From the IMG/VR virus record IMGVR_UViG_3300025924_000004, positions 6,834 to 70,833 of that record: a stretch of 64,000 bases of DNA; one strand, 5' to 3'. The stretch is from a virus. Its lineage: Duplodnaviria > Caudoviricetes. The translations under genes and the position numbers were made by a program. Below the pieces are notes generated by a model. It made no database searches and was not told the DNA's origin. It saw only the letters and a list, made by a program, of their open reading frames with translations. The stretch's first letter is position 1, and the number at the start of each line of letters is the position of its first letter. Shown one piece after another: positions 10,015-19,857 of the stretch.

Positions 10015-13000
10015 TTAAAAAGTTGCTATACCTATAACCACCAATGTCGGGTCTGTTGCCATAGAACCCAAATTTAATTGATATAATGATTTACTGCCTA
10101 TTATAGTTTGTTGGTCAACTACCACGCCTGCTACCTCTAAGAATAAAGCCACATGACCCGGAATAACTCCCGGTTCTCCGCTTATCGTGACATTTATTGT
10201 TCCACCACTTATAGTAGAATAAACATACGCATGTGAATTATTTGGCACAAGGTTTATTGTTCCCGGTGCTGACGGTGCTATTGTGGCACTACCGTTAGAA
10301 ATATCTATGATTGTTATTCCGTACCGTGCTGACGCTGTTAAGTGCCCTGCTCCCGTAGTTGTGACAATATAGCTTGCGCTTTGTCCATCAATTGTAAGGG
10401 TACAGCTTGTCCCGGTGTTTAAGCTACCCGAACTGGTTACTTCTACCTGTACAATATCACCGTTATTTACTATTCCCGGTGAAGATGTGAAAGCACCGCC
10501 ATTAACTGAATAAGCAAATCCGGGGTCGCCTGTGATACTTATTGGAACCGGATAATCGTTTCCAGTTACCGAAATCGTGTTACTTTGCTCTAAAGTGCTT
10601 AATGGCGCGCCAGTTAACGGAGTGAAGTAAAAAGCATTTACACTGCCGCTTCCGGTTATCCAGTTGTAACATGCGGTGCGTACCGATGGGCTTCCGGGGA
10701 AACTAAACTGAAAGCTATCGTTACCCACGTAGTTAGTTGACGGTGTTACTACTACAATGCCCGTAATATCGTTATAAGACGGGCTTGAATGAAGTGGGTT
10801 AGTAATAATAGTTATGTCTGCGGGTAATACGCTGAACTGCGATTGATACTGCCAGTTTGCGGGACTGAAAGCAATATTCATTACAATGCCGCCCGGTTGT
10901 GGGATAGAAATAACGTACTCATCGTTATAGATGTCATACCACCCTATCGGCTGAAAACCTGCTGCGTAAGCTGCCTGTAGGGTTTGCCGGAAATACTTTG
11001 ACATTTTCCCGCTAATAGGGATACAGCCATCACCCGCCCACCTTACGGGTTCGTTCCTGTTTTCGTCAATCCAGTAAATAATATTATTATAAACCGCTAC
11101 GGAGCGCACCCCGTTACCTATGCCAATATGTTTACCTTGCGTGTAGCGAATGTTATTCAAAATAAACTCACTGATAGCTACATTCTGCTGCTCGGCTTGG
11201 TCTTCAATGATACTGATATAAACAGGTATTGAGCCGTGATTTAACTTTTGTATGCAGACCAATTCATTATTGATCTGAATTAACTTAATAATATTACCAA
11301 AGTTTGCCGATGTCTGACCGCCTGATTGCCCGTAAATATTGGCTGCGTAAAAAGTCGTAAGTCCGTTTACCTGTGAACCGACCACATATAATTGCGAATA
11401 GTTGATGCAGGCGATTTGTTCGACACGACCCATAATGTCGCTATAGGTTCGGGGTCTGCCGTATGAGTAAAATTTTGATGGGAAAAAGTCGGTATAATTA
11501 GGGTCTTCTACCAAGATAGTATATAGGGTATTAGGGTCGATACTTCCCGATACTTCCCGTGTCTTAAAATAGTTGTCCCCCTGTGTAATAACACCTGTTA
11601 AAGTTTGGTACTGCCCGTTAACAATATTATATACCTGTCCTGTTTCAAAAAAGGCTATTTCTGTTAAAGATTGGCTTTGTTTTTGTGGCGTATAAACTTC
11701 TACCAATATGTCAAGTCCAGCCAAGTTAGACGGTGGCACAGATGGCAGTCCGTTTACCCTTAACAGGAAGTTAGCAGCATCATACGACTGTACTTGCAGG
11801 TCGATTATCGGTTGAACCGTTCCGTCATACCATGTTGGCGGATTTCCTACTCCCGGAGTTTGCGAGTAATAAACGGTACACCTGTCACCCTCTGTAAAAT
11901 CATAAGAAAGTATAGATGAATTATTCTTGACGTTAAAGGCATTTAGCGAGTTGAAGTAAAAATAATAATCTGTCGTGGTAACTAAATTACCATAGGATGC
12001 AGGAAGTATAAACCAATATGTTCCGTTATTTACTACATAATCCCCTGTATTGTACGTTTGAACGCCATTACCCAAGTTAAGCGAAGTGTCGGTAGTTAGG
12101 TTTGGGGTGCTTATTTCGTATACCGTTCCTATATCATAGCCTGCACCGCTTTGATTTGGCGTTAAGGCTGCCGGACTCCCCGAACCACCACCACGTATAG
12201 TGGTCATATTAGTATGAGCGTCCCAAGTTCCGTTATAATTCAACACGGAAACCATAACGTCAAGCCACTGTAAGTGTGTGTTATTTTTGGAAAGCAACCA
12301 CTGATAAGTATAAGCTCCTACCGGGGCATTTTCTGCCAATAGCGCCCAATTTATTTCAGAGGTCAATCCGTGTGCTTGTGCGTAGCTATTGGTTTTTACG
12401 ATATATGTCGGGTCGGTTTGTATCGGGAATGGCCTACCCCAATAGTCGTAGTGAGCCAAAGCTACCTGATAGCTTGAGTTGCCCTTTAGGGCGTGTATAG
12501 ATTTAAAAAAACCGCTTCCCGCATTAAAATAAGTTATACTGCACGACTGCAAGGTAAAGTAAGGTGGCGTGATAATATTAATACCTATCGAGTTATTATC
12601 GGTAGGGAAATATACCGAAGTATTGGGAATTGTAGGTGCATTGTCAATGATATATGTCCTTGTATCGCCGCTTTCTGCAAATGAACAAGCTGCGAAATTA
12701 TAAGTAAGAATGTTGGAACTATTGCGTATATCCACTAAAATAATAGTCACAAAGTCCCCCTGCCTAACTACACCGCCAAATTCTATCACAACTAACCTCT
12801 TGTGATTCCCCTCACCGCTTCCTGACTGACCCGAATTGATAATGGTACGGCTCATTGGGAATGTATTTCCCGTAGGTGAGGTTAAATTCGGGTTGTAGTT
12901 GGTGCTGTTTAAACTTACTGGTGTATTCGGCCTATCATAACCTGTAGTTATGTCGCCAAGCATTACTTGGTTTCCGTTGACTATCTCTAAAGCACCCGCC

Positions 13001-13965
13001 TGCTGTGGTACGTTATCATACAGTTGGTCAGTAATTAAAGCGGGAATATTTACATACAACCCATCATTATAGAAAACAAAGCTGATTAAATTAGTAACGG
13101 GGTCATAGGCCAAATACTGCTGAATAGGGATATTTACAGTCAATGGTAAACTTGCAAGAGTTGACCTATCAATCGTTAATATGCTTTTCCAAAGGTTTGT
13201 ATTCTCGTTTTCCCTTGCTGCCAATACGATTTGCTTTACGGTGCTATCGCCTGCGTCAAATTGTATGGTTTGATTGTTGTTTACGGTTACGTCTGTAGTT
13301 CCCTCCGGCGTGGCACTTTCTGCGGGTATAGATAATGCTGAAATGCTTCCATAAGCCGATTGTTCGTAGTCTTGGAATACGTATTCTGACCGAAACTGAA
13401 AAAACCTGTTATTGAAGTTATTGATGTTTCGCGACGGGTCGTTTCCAAATATAGCAGTTGGTATAACCGATGGCTGCCTATGTATTAAAAGCAGTTGATT
13501 ATAACTTGTTATTTGCCCGGCTAAAAGTCTGTTATAGTTACAGTAGGCAGGTGGATTGAAGTTATCGTTAAAAAGCAAAAAGTCATTATTAACTAACTTA
13601 ATATCATTTACGTAGTGCTGTGGGTTTAAAGGCCAAAAGTGTATGTCAATTTCAGTTATTTCGTTAGTGTCGTAGTTAATGCTGTTTATCGTGTTGTGGC
13701 TTGCAGAATTGTAAATAAACTCCAAACCGATACGTGCTGATTCAAAACCTGCCGAACCGATACAAAGCGATATTCCGGGGAGTACCGATGCTGCTACGGA
13801 TGCGTTGGATTCAATATTAGTTATGTATCCTTCTTCTAAACTTTCTGTACCTGTAGTGCGAATATTGTAGGCGGGAAAGTAATCATTTTTTGGGCGGTAC
13901 TCTATGGCATCGTCGGAGTTCATAGAACCACCCTGAAAGAATTTAATATCCTTGAGTATAGCCAT
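10015..13965 (-). CDS. tail stabilisation (muzzle) protein, main part, ending in Ig-like domains
   Basis: 1316 aa; FQGGSMNSDD...AYNIR start, FFQFRSEYVFQDYEQS, SGKMSKYFR...GWYDIYNDEY; VTPSTNYVGNDSFQF Ig-like motif near the C-terminus. Confidence 0.7.
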   Translation of the reverse strand: MAILKDIKFFQGGSMNSDDAIEYRPKNDYFPAYNIRTTGTESLEEGYITNIESNASVAASVLPGISLCIGSAGFESARIGLEFIYNSASHNTINSINYDTNEITEIDIHFWPLNPQHYVNDIKLVNNDFLLFNDNFNPPAYCNYNRLLAGQITSYNQLLLIHRQPSVIPTAIFGNDPSRNINNFNNRFFQFRSEYVFQDYEQSAYGSISALSIPAESATPEGTTDVTVNNNQTIQFDAGDSTVKQIVLAARENENTNLWKSILTIDRSTLASLPLTVNIPIQQYLAYDPVTNLISFVFYNDGLYVNIPALITDQLYDNVPQQAGALEIVNGNQVMLGDITTGYDRPNTPVSLNSTNYNPNLTSPTGNTFPMSRTIINSGQSGSGEGNHKRLVVIEFGGVVRQGDFVTIILVDIRNSSNILTYNFAACSFAESGDTRTYIIDNAPTIPNTSVYFPTDNNSIGINIITPPYFTLQSCSITYFNAGSGFFKSIHALKGNSSYQVALAHYDYWGRPFPIQTDPTYIVKTNSYAQAHGLTSEINWALLAENAPVGAYTYQWLLSKNNTHLQWLDVMVSVLNYNGTWDAHTNMTTIRGGGSGSPAALTPNQSGAGYDIGTVYEISTPNLTTDTSLNLGNGVQTYNTGDYVVNNGTYWFILPASYGNLVTTTDYYFYFNSLNAFNVKNNSSILSYDFTEGDRCTVYYSQTPGVGNPPTWYDGTVQPIIDLQVQSYDAANFLLRVNGLPSVPPSNLAGLDILVEVYTPQKQSQSLTEIAFFETGQVYNIVNGQYQTLTGVITQGDNYFKTREVSGSIDPNTLYTILVEDPNYTDFFPSKFYSYGRPRTYSDIMGRVEQIACINYSQLYVVGSQVNGLTTFYAANIYGQSGGQTSANFGNIIKLIQINNELVCIQKLNHGSIPVYISIIEDQAEQQNVAISEFILNNIRYTQGKHIGIGNGVRSVAVYNNIIYWIDENRNEPVRWAGDGCIPISGKMSKYFRQTLQAAYAAGFQPIGWYDIYNDEYVISIPQPGGIVMNIAFSPANWQYQSQFSVLPADITIITNPLHSSPSYNDITGIVVVTPSTNYVGNDSFQFSFPGSPSVRTACYNWITGSGSVNAFYFTPLTGAPLSTLEQSNTISVTGNDYPVPISITGDPGFAYSVNGGAFTSSPGIVNNGDIVQVEVTSSGSLNTGTSCTLTIDGQSASYIVTTTGAGHLTASARYGITIIDISNGSATIAPSAPGTINLVPNNSHAYVYSTISGGTINVTISGEPGVIPGHVALFLEVAGVVVDQQTIIGSKSLYQLNLGSMATDPTLVVIGIATF

Positions 13966-14738
13966 TAGCTTTTGGGCGCCATCCTATCGCCCTGCCTGCT
14001 AACATTATAAAGGTCACTTGGATTGAATGGATGAAGTGATTTCCTTGCGTTGAGATATTGCACGTCAAAATCTCGTTGATTTAATTGTCTTTCGCCTTTT
14101 CCCTTACGGGCGTTGCCTATACTGTCTTGCCAGTTCAACCAAGCTATCATAGCTTCCTGAAAGAAAGGGTGTATAGCGTAATCCCCATCTGCGTTTGGTA
14201 CTGCCAAGTATTCAAAAATTACCTCTGTTTGCTGCGTGTGAAAGTTATAGATAATAACCCTGTTAGCCCAATCAATATTGTAAAATCCTATTACGGGTTG
14301 CGAACCAACGCCCAACGAACCGAAGCCACCGTACCCCGCATATCCCACATTAACACCGTCCTGTAGCGAAAATAACATTTGGTCGTTATCTACCAATGTT
14401 CCTTCTGTTTGTTGGCTATACCTGTCGTTTGAAGTGCTATCGGTTATGGATAAAAGTTGGTCGTAGGTTAAACTTGCTATTTCACCACGTTGATTAAGTA
14501 CGCCTATTGAAATATTACTCATGCAGTCCGTTGGCAGTACGCTTGTTCCGTTGGCTAAAATTGGTAAAGTCACCTGTTTTGGTATGCCCAAACTGTCACG
14601 GTAGAATAAACGATACCCTCTTATTGCCATTGAATAAATGCGCCTGTACTTGCTTTGGGGCATTTGGTGCATGTCGAGGAAGTTATTAACTATCTCGTCC
14701 AGTGTGATAAGCGGGGAAAGTGAGTTTATATCCATCAC
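13965..14738 (-). CDS. tail ring/adaptor protein
   Basis: ITLDEIVNNFL and IHPFFQEAMIAWLNW pattern; position between capsid and muzzle. Confidence 0.6.
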   Translation of the reverse strand: MMDINSLSPLITLDEIVNNFLDMHQMPQSKYRRIYSMAIRGYRLFYRDSLGIPKQVTLPILANGTSVLPTDCMSNISIGVLNQRGEIASLTYDQLLSITDSTSNDRYSQQTEGTLVDNDQMLFSLQDGVNVGYAGYGGFGSLGVGSQPVIGFYNIDWANRVIIYNFHTQQTEVIFEYLAVPNADGDYAIHPFFQEAMIAWLNWQDSIGNARKGKGERQLNQRDFDVQYLNARKSLHPFNPSDLYNVSRQGDRMAPKS

Positions 14739-14751
14739 TCAAATATAATCA

Positions 14752-14770
14752 TTATAACAAAAAGTTATAA
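14752..14770. promoter_or_regulatory. perfect palindrome TTATAAC-A5-GTTATAA upstream of a TATATTTG promoter (14747-14740, minus)
   Basis: read directly from sequence. Confidence 0.6.
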
Positions 14771-14777
14771 TATATTT

Positions 14778-15428
14778 TTAACCCCTCGGTTGTGGTGAAT
14801 CCATTGCCGGTAGTGGTGACGTATCTTGAATGGTTATCAACTGCCTTAGTTCTCCATAAATCTTTTGGTGTATCTCACCTATCATATCGTCGGGAAGGTT
14901 TAAAAATGCGTTTAAGTCATTTGCGCCCGATGTTACTACCGACATAGCTATGGTGGGATAAGTTGCCATTATCTGATAGCTGTCAATAAAATTAATATTT
15001 CCGTTATCGACAAAGCACCACACCTTTTTTATAGATGGCAAACTTCTTACAAACTGCACTTCGCTACGGGTTATCATTTTAAATAGAGTTGACTGTGCGC
15101 CACCACGATTGGCAGGTGCGTATATTTCAAAAGAACGGTTTGATGGTAGTCCTACGGGTTGTGCAGGAAGCGGGGTGGTATAATATCCCGAAATAGTGTT
15201 AAGCGTCACAGGTAGTGCCGTATAGGTTATTCTGAATATATCGTCAGCACAAACACAGCCGTCTAAATTATACGTACCAAAGGCTGATTTAACTGCCGCT
15301 GCCGCTATTTCGTCATTTACCTGTCTTAGTATGTATTGGTCTGAAATGGCACGGTCTGCAGATGGCATACCACCGTATAGGGCATATGCTATTTCCTGAA
15401 CTAATTCTTTTTTTGTAGTTAGTGCCAT
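14778..15428 (-). CDS. tail ring/adaptor protein
   Basis: 216 aa, structural operon, crAss-like synteny. Confidence 0.55.
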   Translation of the reverse strand: MALTTKKELVQEIAYALYGGMPSADRAISDQYILRQVNDEIAAAAVKSAFGTYNLDGCVCADDIFRITYTALPVTLNTISGYYTTPLPAQPVGLPSNRSFEIYAPANRGGAQSTLFKMITRSEVQFVRSLPSIKKVWCFVDNGNINFIDSYQIMATYPTIAMSVVTSGANDLNAFLNLPDDMIGEIHQKIYGELRQLITIQDTSPLPAMDSPQPRG

Positions 15429-16099
15429 TACGATGCTCCCTGTTCCATTTGTTGTGCTGCCTGCATCAATTCGTCGTCTTTAATCGAAATTGACATATAC
15501 TTTAAAATACGAGCCGATAAGCGGTATATTTCAGTGCCTTGCCACCCGAAGTCTAAAGTCCCCGTTGGGTTATAAACCGGACGACCATTTACTAATGAAT
15601 AGTTCCATAAAACTGCTGGCGGCTGACCTAAGTAAGTTAAATGATTATTGGTTAATGTTGGATAAATTTCAAAGGTATCCGGCAATTCAACGTATATAGG
15701 ATTATCCGTAGTTGGTGCGTCAATCGTACTATTAAGATAATTAGCAACCTTATCGTAATCAACTTTAGTATATAATGTAGTGGATGCGCTTGTTAATTGA
15801 AGGTCGTATAAATAATCGTCGGGTTGTGTTAAAACATTACCCGACTGCCCTAAAACAACATTGTATTGAACAAAAGTTGATAACACAGGTGGGACGAAAA
15901 TCTTCTCTCCCTGTTTGACTTTTACCAGTAGCTTTTCCCTTTCGTCATTGTAATAGTTGAAAAGGTCGATGTTTGCTAAATTAGCGTATTCGTTAAATTC
16001 TGCCGGGCTTGGAAATGCCGCTATTTGTTTAGCCGCTATCGAATAAACTAAGGTATGAACAGCGTCTATGCTAACATTTGCCATGACCAAATATAACAA
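15428..16099 (-). CDS. tail ring/tubular protein (probable start 16084)
   Basis: PSPAEFNEYANLA...WNYSLVNGRPVYNP...LSARILKYMSISIKD resembles crAss-type ring proteins. Confidence 0.65.
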   Translation of the reverse strand: MLYLVMANVSIDAVHTLVYSIAAKQIAAFPSPAEFNEYANLANIDLFNYYNDEREKLLVKVKQGEKIFVPPVLSTFVQYNVVLGQSGNVLTQPDDYLYDLQLTSASTTLYTKVDYDKVANYLNSTIDAPTTDNPIYVELPDTFEIYPTLTNNHLTYLGQPPAVLWNYSLVNGRPVYNPTGTLDFGWQGTEIYRLSARILKYMSISIKDDELMQAAQQMEQGAS

Positions 16100-16130
16100 A
16101 ACTTTTTTATTTCAATTTTGTTATTTTATT

Positions 16131-16295
16131 ATGAATATCACAACCATTTGGGTAATCGTGAGTACGATAGTTTTCACGCTTGCAGCTTTCGCATACCCGC
16201 CAACCGCACCTTACTCTTGGGGTTTTCGTGGATTTGCTATTATTTTAGCCATCATAGGATGGTTCATTGTATTTACTACCATGTGGCATCATTAA
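16131..16295 (+). CDS. 54-aa two-helix membrane peptide (moron-like)
   Basis: MNITTIWVIVSTIVFTLAAFAYPP...FAIILAIIGWFIVF; fills an intergenic gap on the opposite strand. Confidence 0.55.
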   Translation: MNITTIWVIVSTIVFTLAAFAYPPTAPYSWGFRGFAIILAIIGWFIVFTTMWHH

Positions 16296-16324
16296 AAAAA
16301 GCCGGGGAAAACCACTACCCCGGC
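16294..16324 (-). terminator. intrinsic terminator
   Basis: GCCGGGG/CCCCGGC stem with T7 on the minus strand. Confidence 0.7.
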
Positions 16325-16351
16325 CAAACCTAACCACTATTCACCTAAATC

Positions 16352-17242
16352 TTACTCTAAGGTAAGTTTTACTTTTGATCGAAGCAATATATACCAGTTT
16401 TTACCTGCGTCTGATAGGGAGTACTCTACCAACTCTTTTATGGCATTTTTGGTATTTAAATGCGTTACTAAGGTATCGCCCATCATTACTTCGCCCTTAT
16501 CCCTGTTTACGGTAAGCACTCCGTTATCAATACCCCATTGTATATTGAACTCCCTGTGCAGCCTTTTATTTGTAAGGTTGTCAAGCACCTTTTCTGCGTT
16601 GCTTTGCTTTGTGCCCTGCTTGTCTTTTTTGACAAACTCATTCATGGCATTTACAATAGCCAAGTCGGACGTTTCTGTTATGCCGAATACTACCCTTGCA
16701 ATGGGTCTTAAATCTTCTATAGCCATATCCGCTATAGCATCCAAAGCCCTCTTTTCGGTAGCGTGTCTTTTTGCCTTTATTTGTTCCTGAACTTCCTTGT
16801 CTACCAAAGTATACATGGCAGGTCGGTTCATCACCCGGAAAGGGGATTGGTCGTAAAGGGGATGATTGAAAATGTATTCTATCTTACGAATATCCTCGCC
16901 CAATACGGTTAATTGATTGCGCCAAAAGCCCAAAGGTTCTTCGGGTCTTTCCAAGAAACTTTCGTCCCATTCTTCGGGGAAAATACTTGGTGCTGTAGCA
17001 ACGTAGCGTAAGTCCCGGTATCTTTTTTCTTCCGGGTCAAAAGCCTTTGTTGTTGCGCCTAAATTTTCATAGCGCGGTATCTCTGATTTTTTTAAGGTTT
17101 CAAAAATGTAAACCTTTGTCGGGTCAATTTCAAACCCTAAATCAATTTTCTCCGGGGTGTCGTTCTGTTGGGGTTCTTCCTCTCTTTTTTTTGGAGGTCT
17201 GCCCATACGCACGGGTTTCCGGGTTACTGGTGATTGTTGCAT
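16352..17242 (-). CDS. conserved head-associated protein following the MCP
   Basis: FDPEEKRYRDLRYVATAPSIF...YIFNHP pattern; crAss-like synteny. Confidence 0.6.
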   Translation of the reverse strand: MQQSPVTRKPVRMGRPPKKREEEPQQNDTPEKIDLGFEIDPTKVYIFETLKKSEIPRYENLGATTKAFDPEEKRYRDLRYVATAPSIFPEEWDESFLERPEEPLGFWRNQLTVLGEDIRKIEYIFNHPLYDQSPFRVMNRPAMYTLVDKEVQEQIKAKRHATEKRALDAIADMAIEDLRPIARVVFGITETSDLAIVNAMNEFVKKDKQGTKQSNAEKVLDNLTNKRLHREFNIQWGIDNGVLTVNRDKGEVMMGDTLVTHLNTKNAIKELVEYSLSDAGKNWYILLRSKVKLTLE

Positions 17243-17290
17243 GATGTCAAAGAATTAAGGGTGAGCGACATTGCCCACCCTTGCTTTATT

Positions 17291-18655
17291 TTAGCTTGCT
17301 AATTGCAGCCATTGGTATCCGTTGATGCCAAAAGCCTGTAAGCCTTTGGTAGCCACGGTCGATACAACCAAGTTTTCAGTATCATTTGTCGGTACGGGTG
17401 CGTAACCGCCTGTCAGACGAAGTTTAATTGCCGAAGCACCTTCGCTCACTCCCTGCCACCTTACTTGGAAACGCGGCACGTTAGTACCATCTTCCGGGTT
17501 AACACCGTCACCGCGAGGTATCATTGCGCAGGCGTTGTTGTACAAGCCGCTGTTTGGCTGTCCACCGAACACGTTGGCGATAGAGAAGTAGTCGTAAGTC
17601 ATGAAGTTCAATTGGATGCCGTGAAGCTCGTAAGCCTTGAAATTCCTGTTGATTTCTGCACCTTCTCCCATAAATGCGTCCCTGTTTGCCAGTACCAAAG
17701 TACCCGCGTTGTAGGTTGACATCATGAAGTTTTCCCACTTGATACGAAGCTCGATGTTAAGCAAGCAGTCGTAGTTCATGGAATACCCCTGTGCGTCAAC
17801 GTTCCTACGGATATTGTCGAAGTACGCCTGATTCACAATGGTTGACACCGTATCAGTTGTGGCGTTAGCCTGCATGTTAGGTATCAAACCTGTGTGGTTG
17901 TTGGTCACACCCGATATATTGGTCATCGGCTTGCCAAACATCAAAAGGTCTTCCTGTTGGAATAGGAAACGGTCGCGTTCATCTGCCTGCTGACGGAAAC
18001 GAATACGGTCGAAACCTGACGGGTTGTTTGGAATATCCAAACGCTCGAACATTGACCAATCGGTAAATGTCTGCGTAGTTTTGATGGTAGCGCAATAGTT
18101 CGTTACCTTAACGTCCACAGTTGCCATTGTTGTTTGGCTTCCCGATGCTTCACCCACTACCGTTGCTGACCAAGTCATAATATCGGTAGCGTTGATTAAC
18201 AGGTTGCTTCCATCAGTGGTGGTGGCTGTAGCTGTAGTAGCACCGCCTGCATTTACCACGTTTGTCAACTGAACTACCTGACCGCTTGTTTGGTTACGGA
18301 AATAAAGACCGTTGCCAAAAGGGGAAAGGGTGTTGTTGTCAAACTGGTAAGCAGTGGAGCAGGTAATGGTTCCTGACGATGCGCCCGGATTAGCGGTAGT
18401 AGCTACCTGAAAAGCAGGTGCGTTCTTACCTTTTTGTGTCCACTGGTAGAATTGTTTATTTGCAGTGTAAAGACCTGCGTTCTGCGCTTCACGTAGTACA
18501 ATGTAATTTTTTGATGCCAGTGAAGGAAATTGCTTGATAAATTTTGGATAAGCCCTCGGTACAAGCATGGAAAGGTCGGATTCAAACTGATAGTTTAAGC
18601 CCGGCGTAAGTCCTAATGTTATTTGTGAGGGGTTTTGTCCACCCGGTTGTGCCAT
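17291..18655 (-). CDS. major capsid protein
   Basis: 454 aa after portal and scaffold; KQFYQWTQ, TNYCATIKTTQTFT, EDLLMFGK; biased codon usage; followed by a hairpin at 17257-17282. Confidence 0.85.
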   Translation of the reverse strand: MAQPGGQNPSQITLGLTPGLNYQFESDLSMLVPRAYPKFIKQFPSLASKNYIVLREAQNAGLYTANKQFYQWTQKGKNAPAFQVATTANPGASSGTITCSTAYQFDNNTLSPFGNGLYFRNQTSGQVVQLTNVVNAGGATTATATTTDGSNLLINATDIMTWSATVVGEASGSQTTMATVDVKVTNYCATIKTTQTFTDWSMFERLDIPNNPSGFDRIRFRQQADERDRFLFQQEDLLMFGKPMTNISGVTNNHTGLIPNMQANATTDTVSTIVNQAYFDNIRRNVDAQGYSMNYDCLLNIELRIKWENFMMSTYNAGTLVLANRDAFMGEGAEINRNFKAYELHGIQLNFMTYDYFSIANVFGGQPNSGLYNNACAMIPRGDGVNPEDGTNVPRFQVRWQGVSEGASAIKLRLTGGYAPVPTNDTENLVVSTVATKGLQAFGINGYQWLQLAS

Positions 18656-18691
18656 TTTGTTGTTGATTTAAAAGTTCGAAAAATCTGTTAA

Positions 18692-19798
18692 TTATTTCCC
18701 GGCATAGTTATCATAATAGTAACTAACAAAGTCAAAAGGTTTGTCTACCGTTTCAGAAACATCATTATTCCTTAACGTGGAATTTTTGAGTTCTTTTTCG
18801 ATAAATGCTTCCCTGTCCTGTGATAAGCCCTGACGGAGCGCTGCCTTAACAATATCCTTGTAGAAAAGACGGTTGGCTAACTCTGCCTGATACGATTTGA
18901 AGTCGAACTTGCCTTCTGTGTCTGTAAACTGTGCTATCTCCGCGTCTGTAGGGGAGTAGCGTTTAGAGTAGTCAATTAATTGCTTTTGCTTATCAGCATC
19001 GACCTTAAATTTAACATCAACCGCGAACTTGCGGTCGTCGATGTCTATTTCTGTCGGTACTGATAACTCGGAAATTGAATTGGTAGCTTTTGTTATTTGC
19101 TGTATGGTGTTTTGTAAATTTTGTTCTTGTTCTGCTTGGCGTTGCGCCTGTTCTGCCTGCTGTTGGCGATAGGTTTTAAATTCCTCGTTGTCCTCAATAG
19201 GGTCAACTGCGTTTAACTCTATCTTGCTTGCCTCGTCCTTAAAATAGTTATCTGCCTTTAGAAAAAGCTGTTTACGGGCTATATCCTGCTTTTTAAGGGC
19301 AATAACCTGTTCATCGGTTAATTCTGCTTCGTCGGGCTTGGTGACGCCTATTCCATATTCAGAAGATGCTATGAACATTAATTCGTCGTCCTCCAATCCC
19401 GGATTTTCCTTTGCTATAAATGCCAAAGCCTTTTCTTCGGGCTTCATGCGGTCGGGGCGATACTTTTTGTCAAGCATTTCATAGATTGATTTCTCGTCAT
19501 CTATGGAAACATACTTTTTGTTGGATTTGGTTTGTATAGCAGTCTGCGCCTCTTTAACCTTTCTTTCTTCTTCCTCTTTCTTGGCTAATTCATCGGCTAT
19601 TTTAGATTGATTGGCTGCTTCCTGTTCTTCGATTAACTTAGCATTAGCGGCTTGCTTATCAGCAAGTTCTTGGGCTGCTTTTGCAGCATCGTCGTCCTGT
19701 TGGTTTTGTTTTTCTTTATCCTCATCACCGCCACCATTTCCTTCAATAATGTCCTTATAAAATTCCTGTTCAAGTTCTGAAAGTCCTGCTGCTGCCAT
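18692..19798 (-). CDS. capsid scaffolding protein
   Basis: acidic, coiled-coil, lies between portal and MCP. Confidence 0.7.
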   Translation of the reverse strand: MAAAGLSELEQEFYKDIIEGNGGGDEDKEKQNQQDDDAAKAAQELADKQAANAKLIEEQEAANQSKIADELAKKEEEERKVKEAQTAIQTKSNKKYVSIDDEKSIYEMLDKKYRPDRMKPEEKALAFIAKENPGLEDDELMFIASSEYGIGVTKPDEAELTDEQVIALKKQDIARKQLFLKADNYFKDEASKIELNAVDPIEDNEEFKTYRQQQAEQAQRQAEQEQNLQNTIQQITKATNSISELSVPTEIDIDDRKFAVDVKFKVDADKQKQLIDYSKRYSPTDAEIAQFTDTEGKFDFKSYQAELANRLFYKDIVKAALRQGLSQDREAFIEKELKNSTLRNNDVSETVDKPFDFVSYYYDNYAGK

Positions 19799-19824
19799 AA
19801 AGTTTAATCAATTTATTACTAAGG

Positions 19825-19841
19825 TATAACAAAAAGTTATA
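19825..19841. promoter_or_regulatory. palindrome TATAAC-A5-GTTATA upstream of scaffold/MCP
   Basis: read directly from sequence. Confidence 0.55.
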
Positions 19842-19857
19842 ATGAACCAAATTTATT

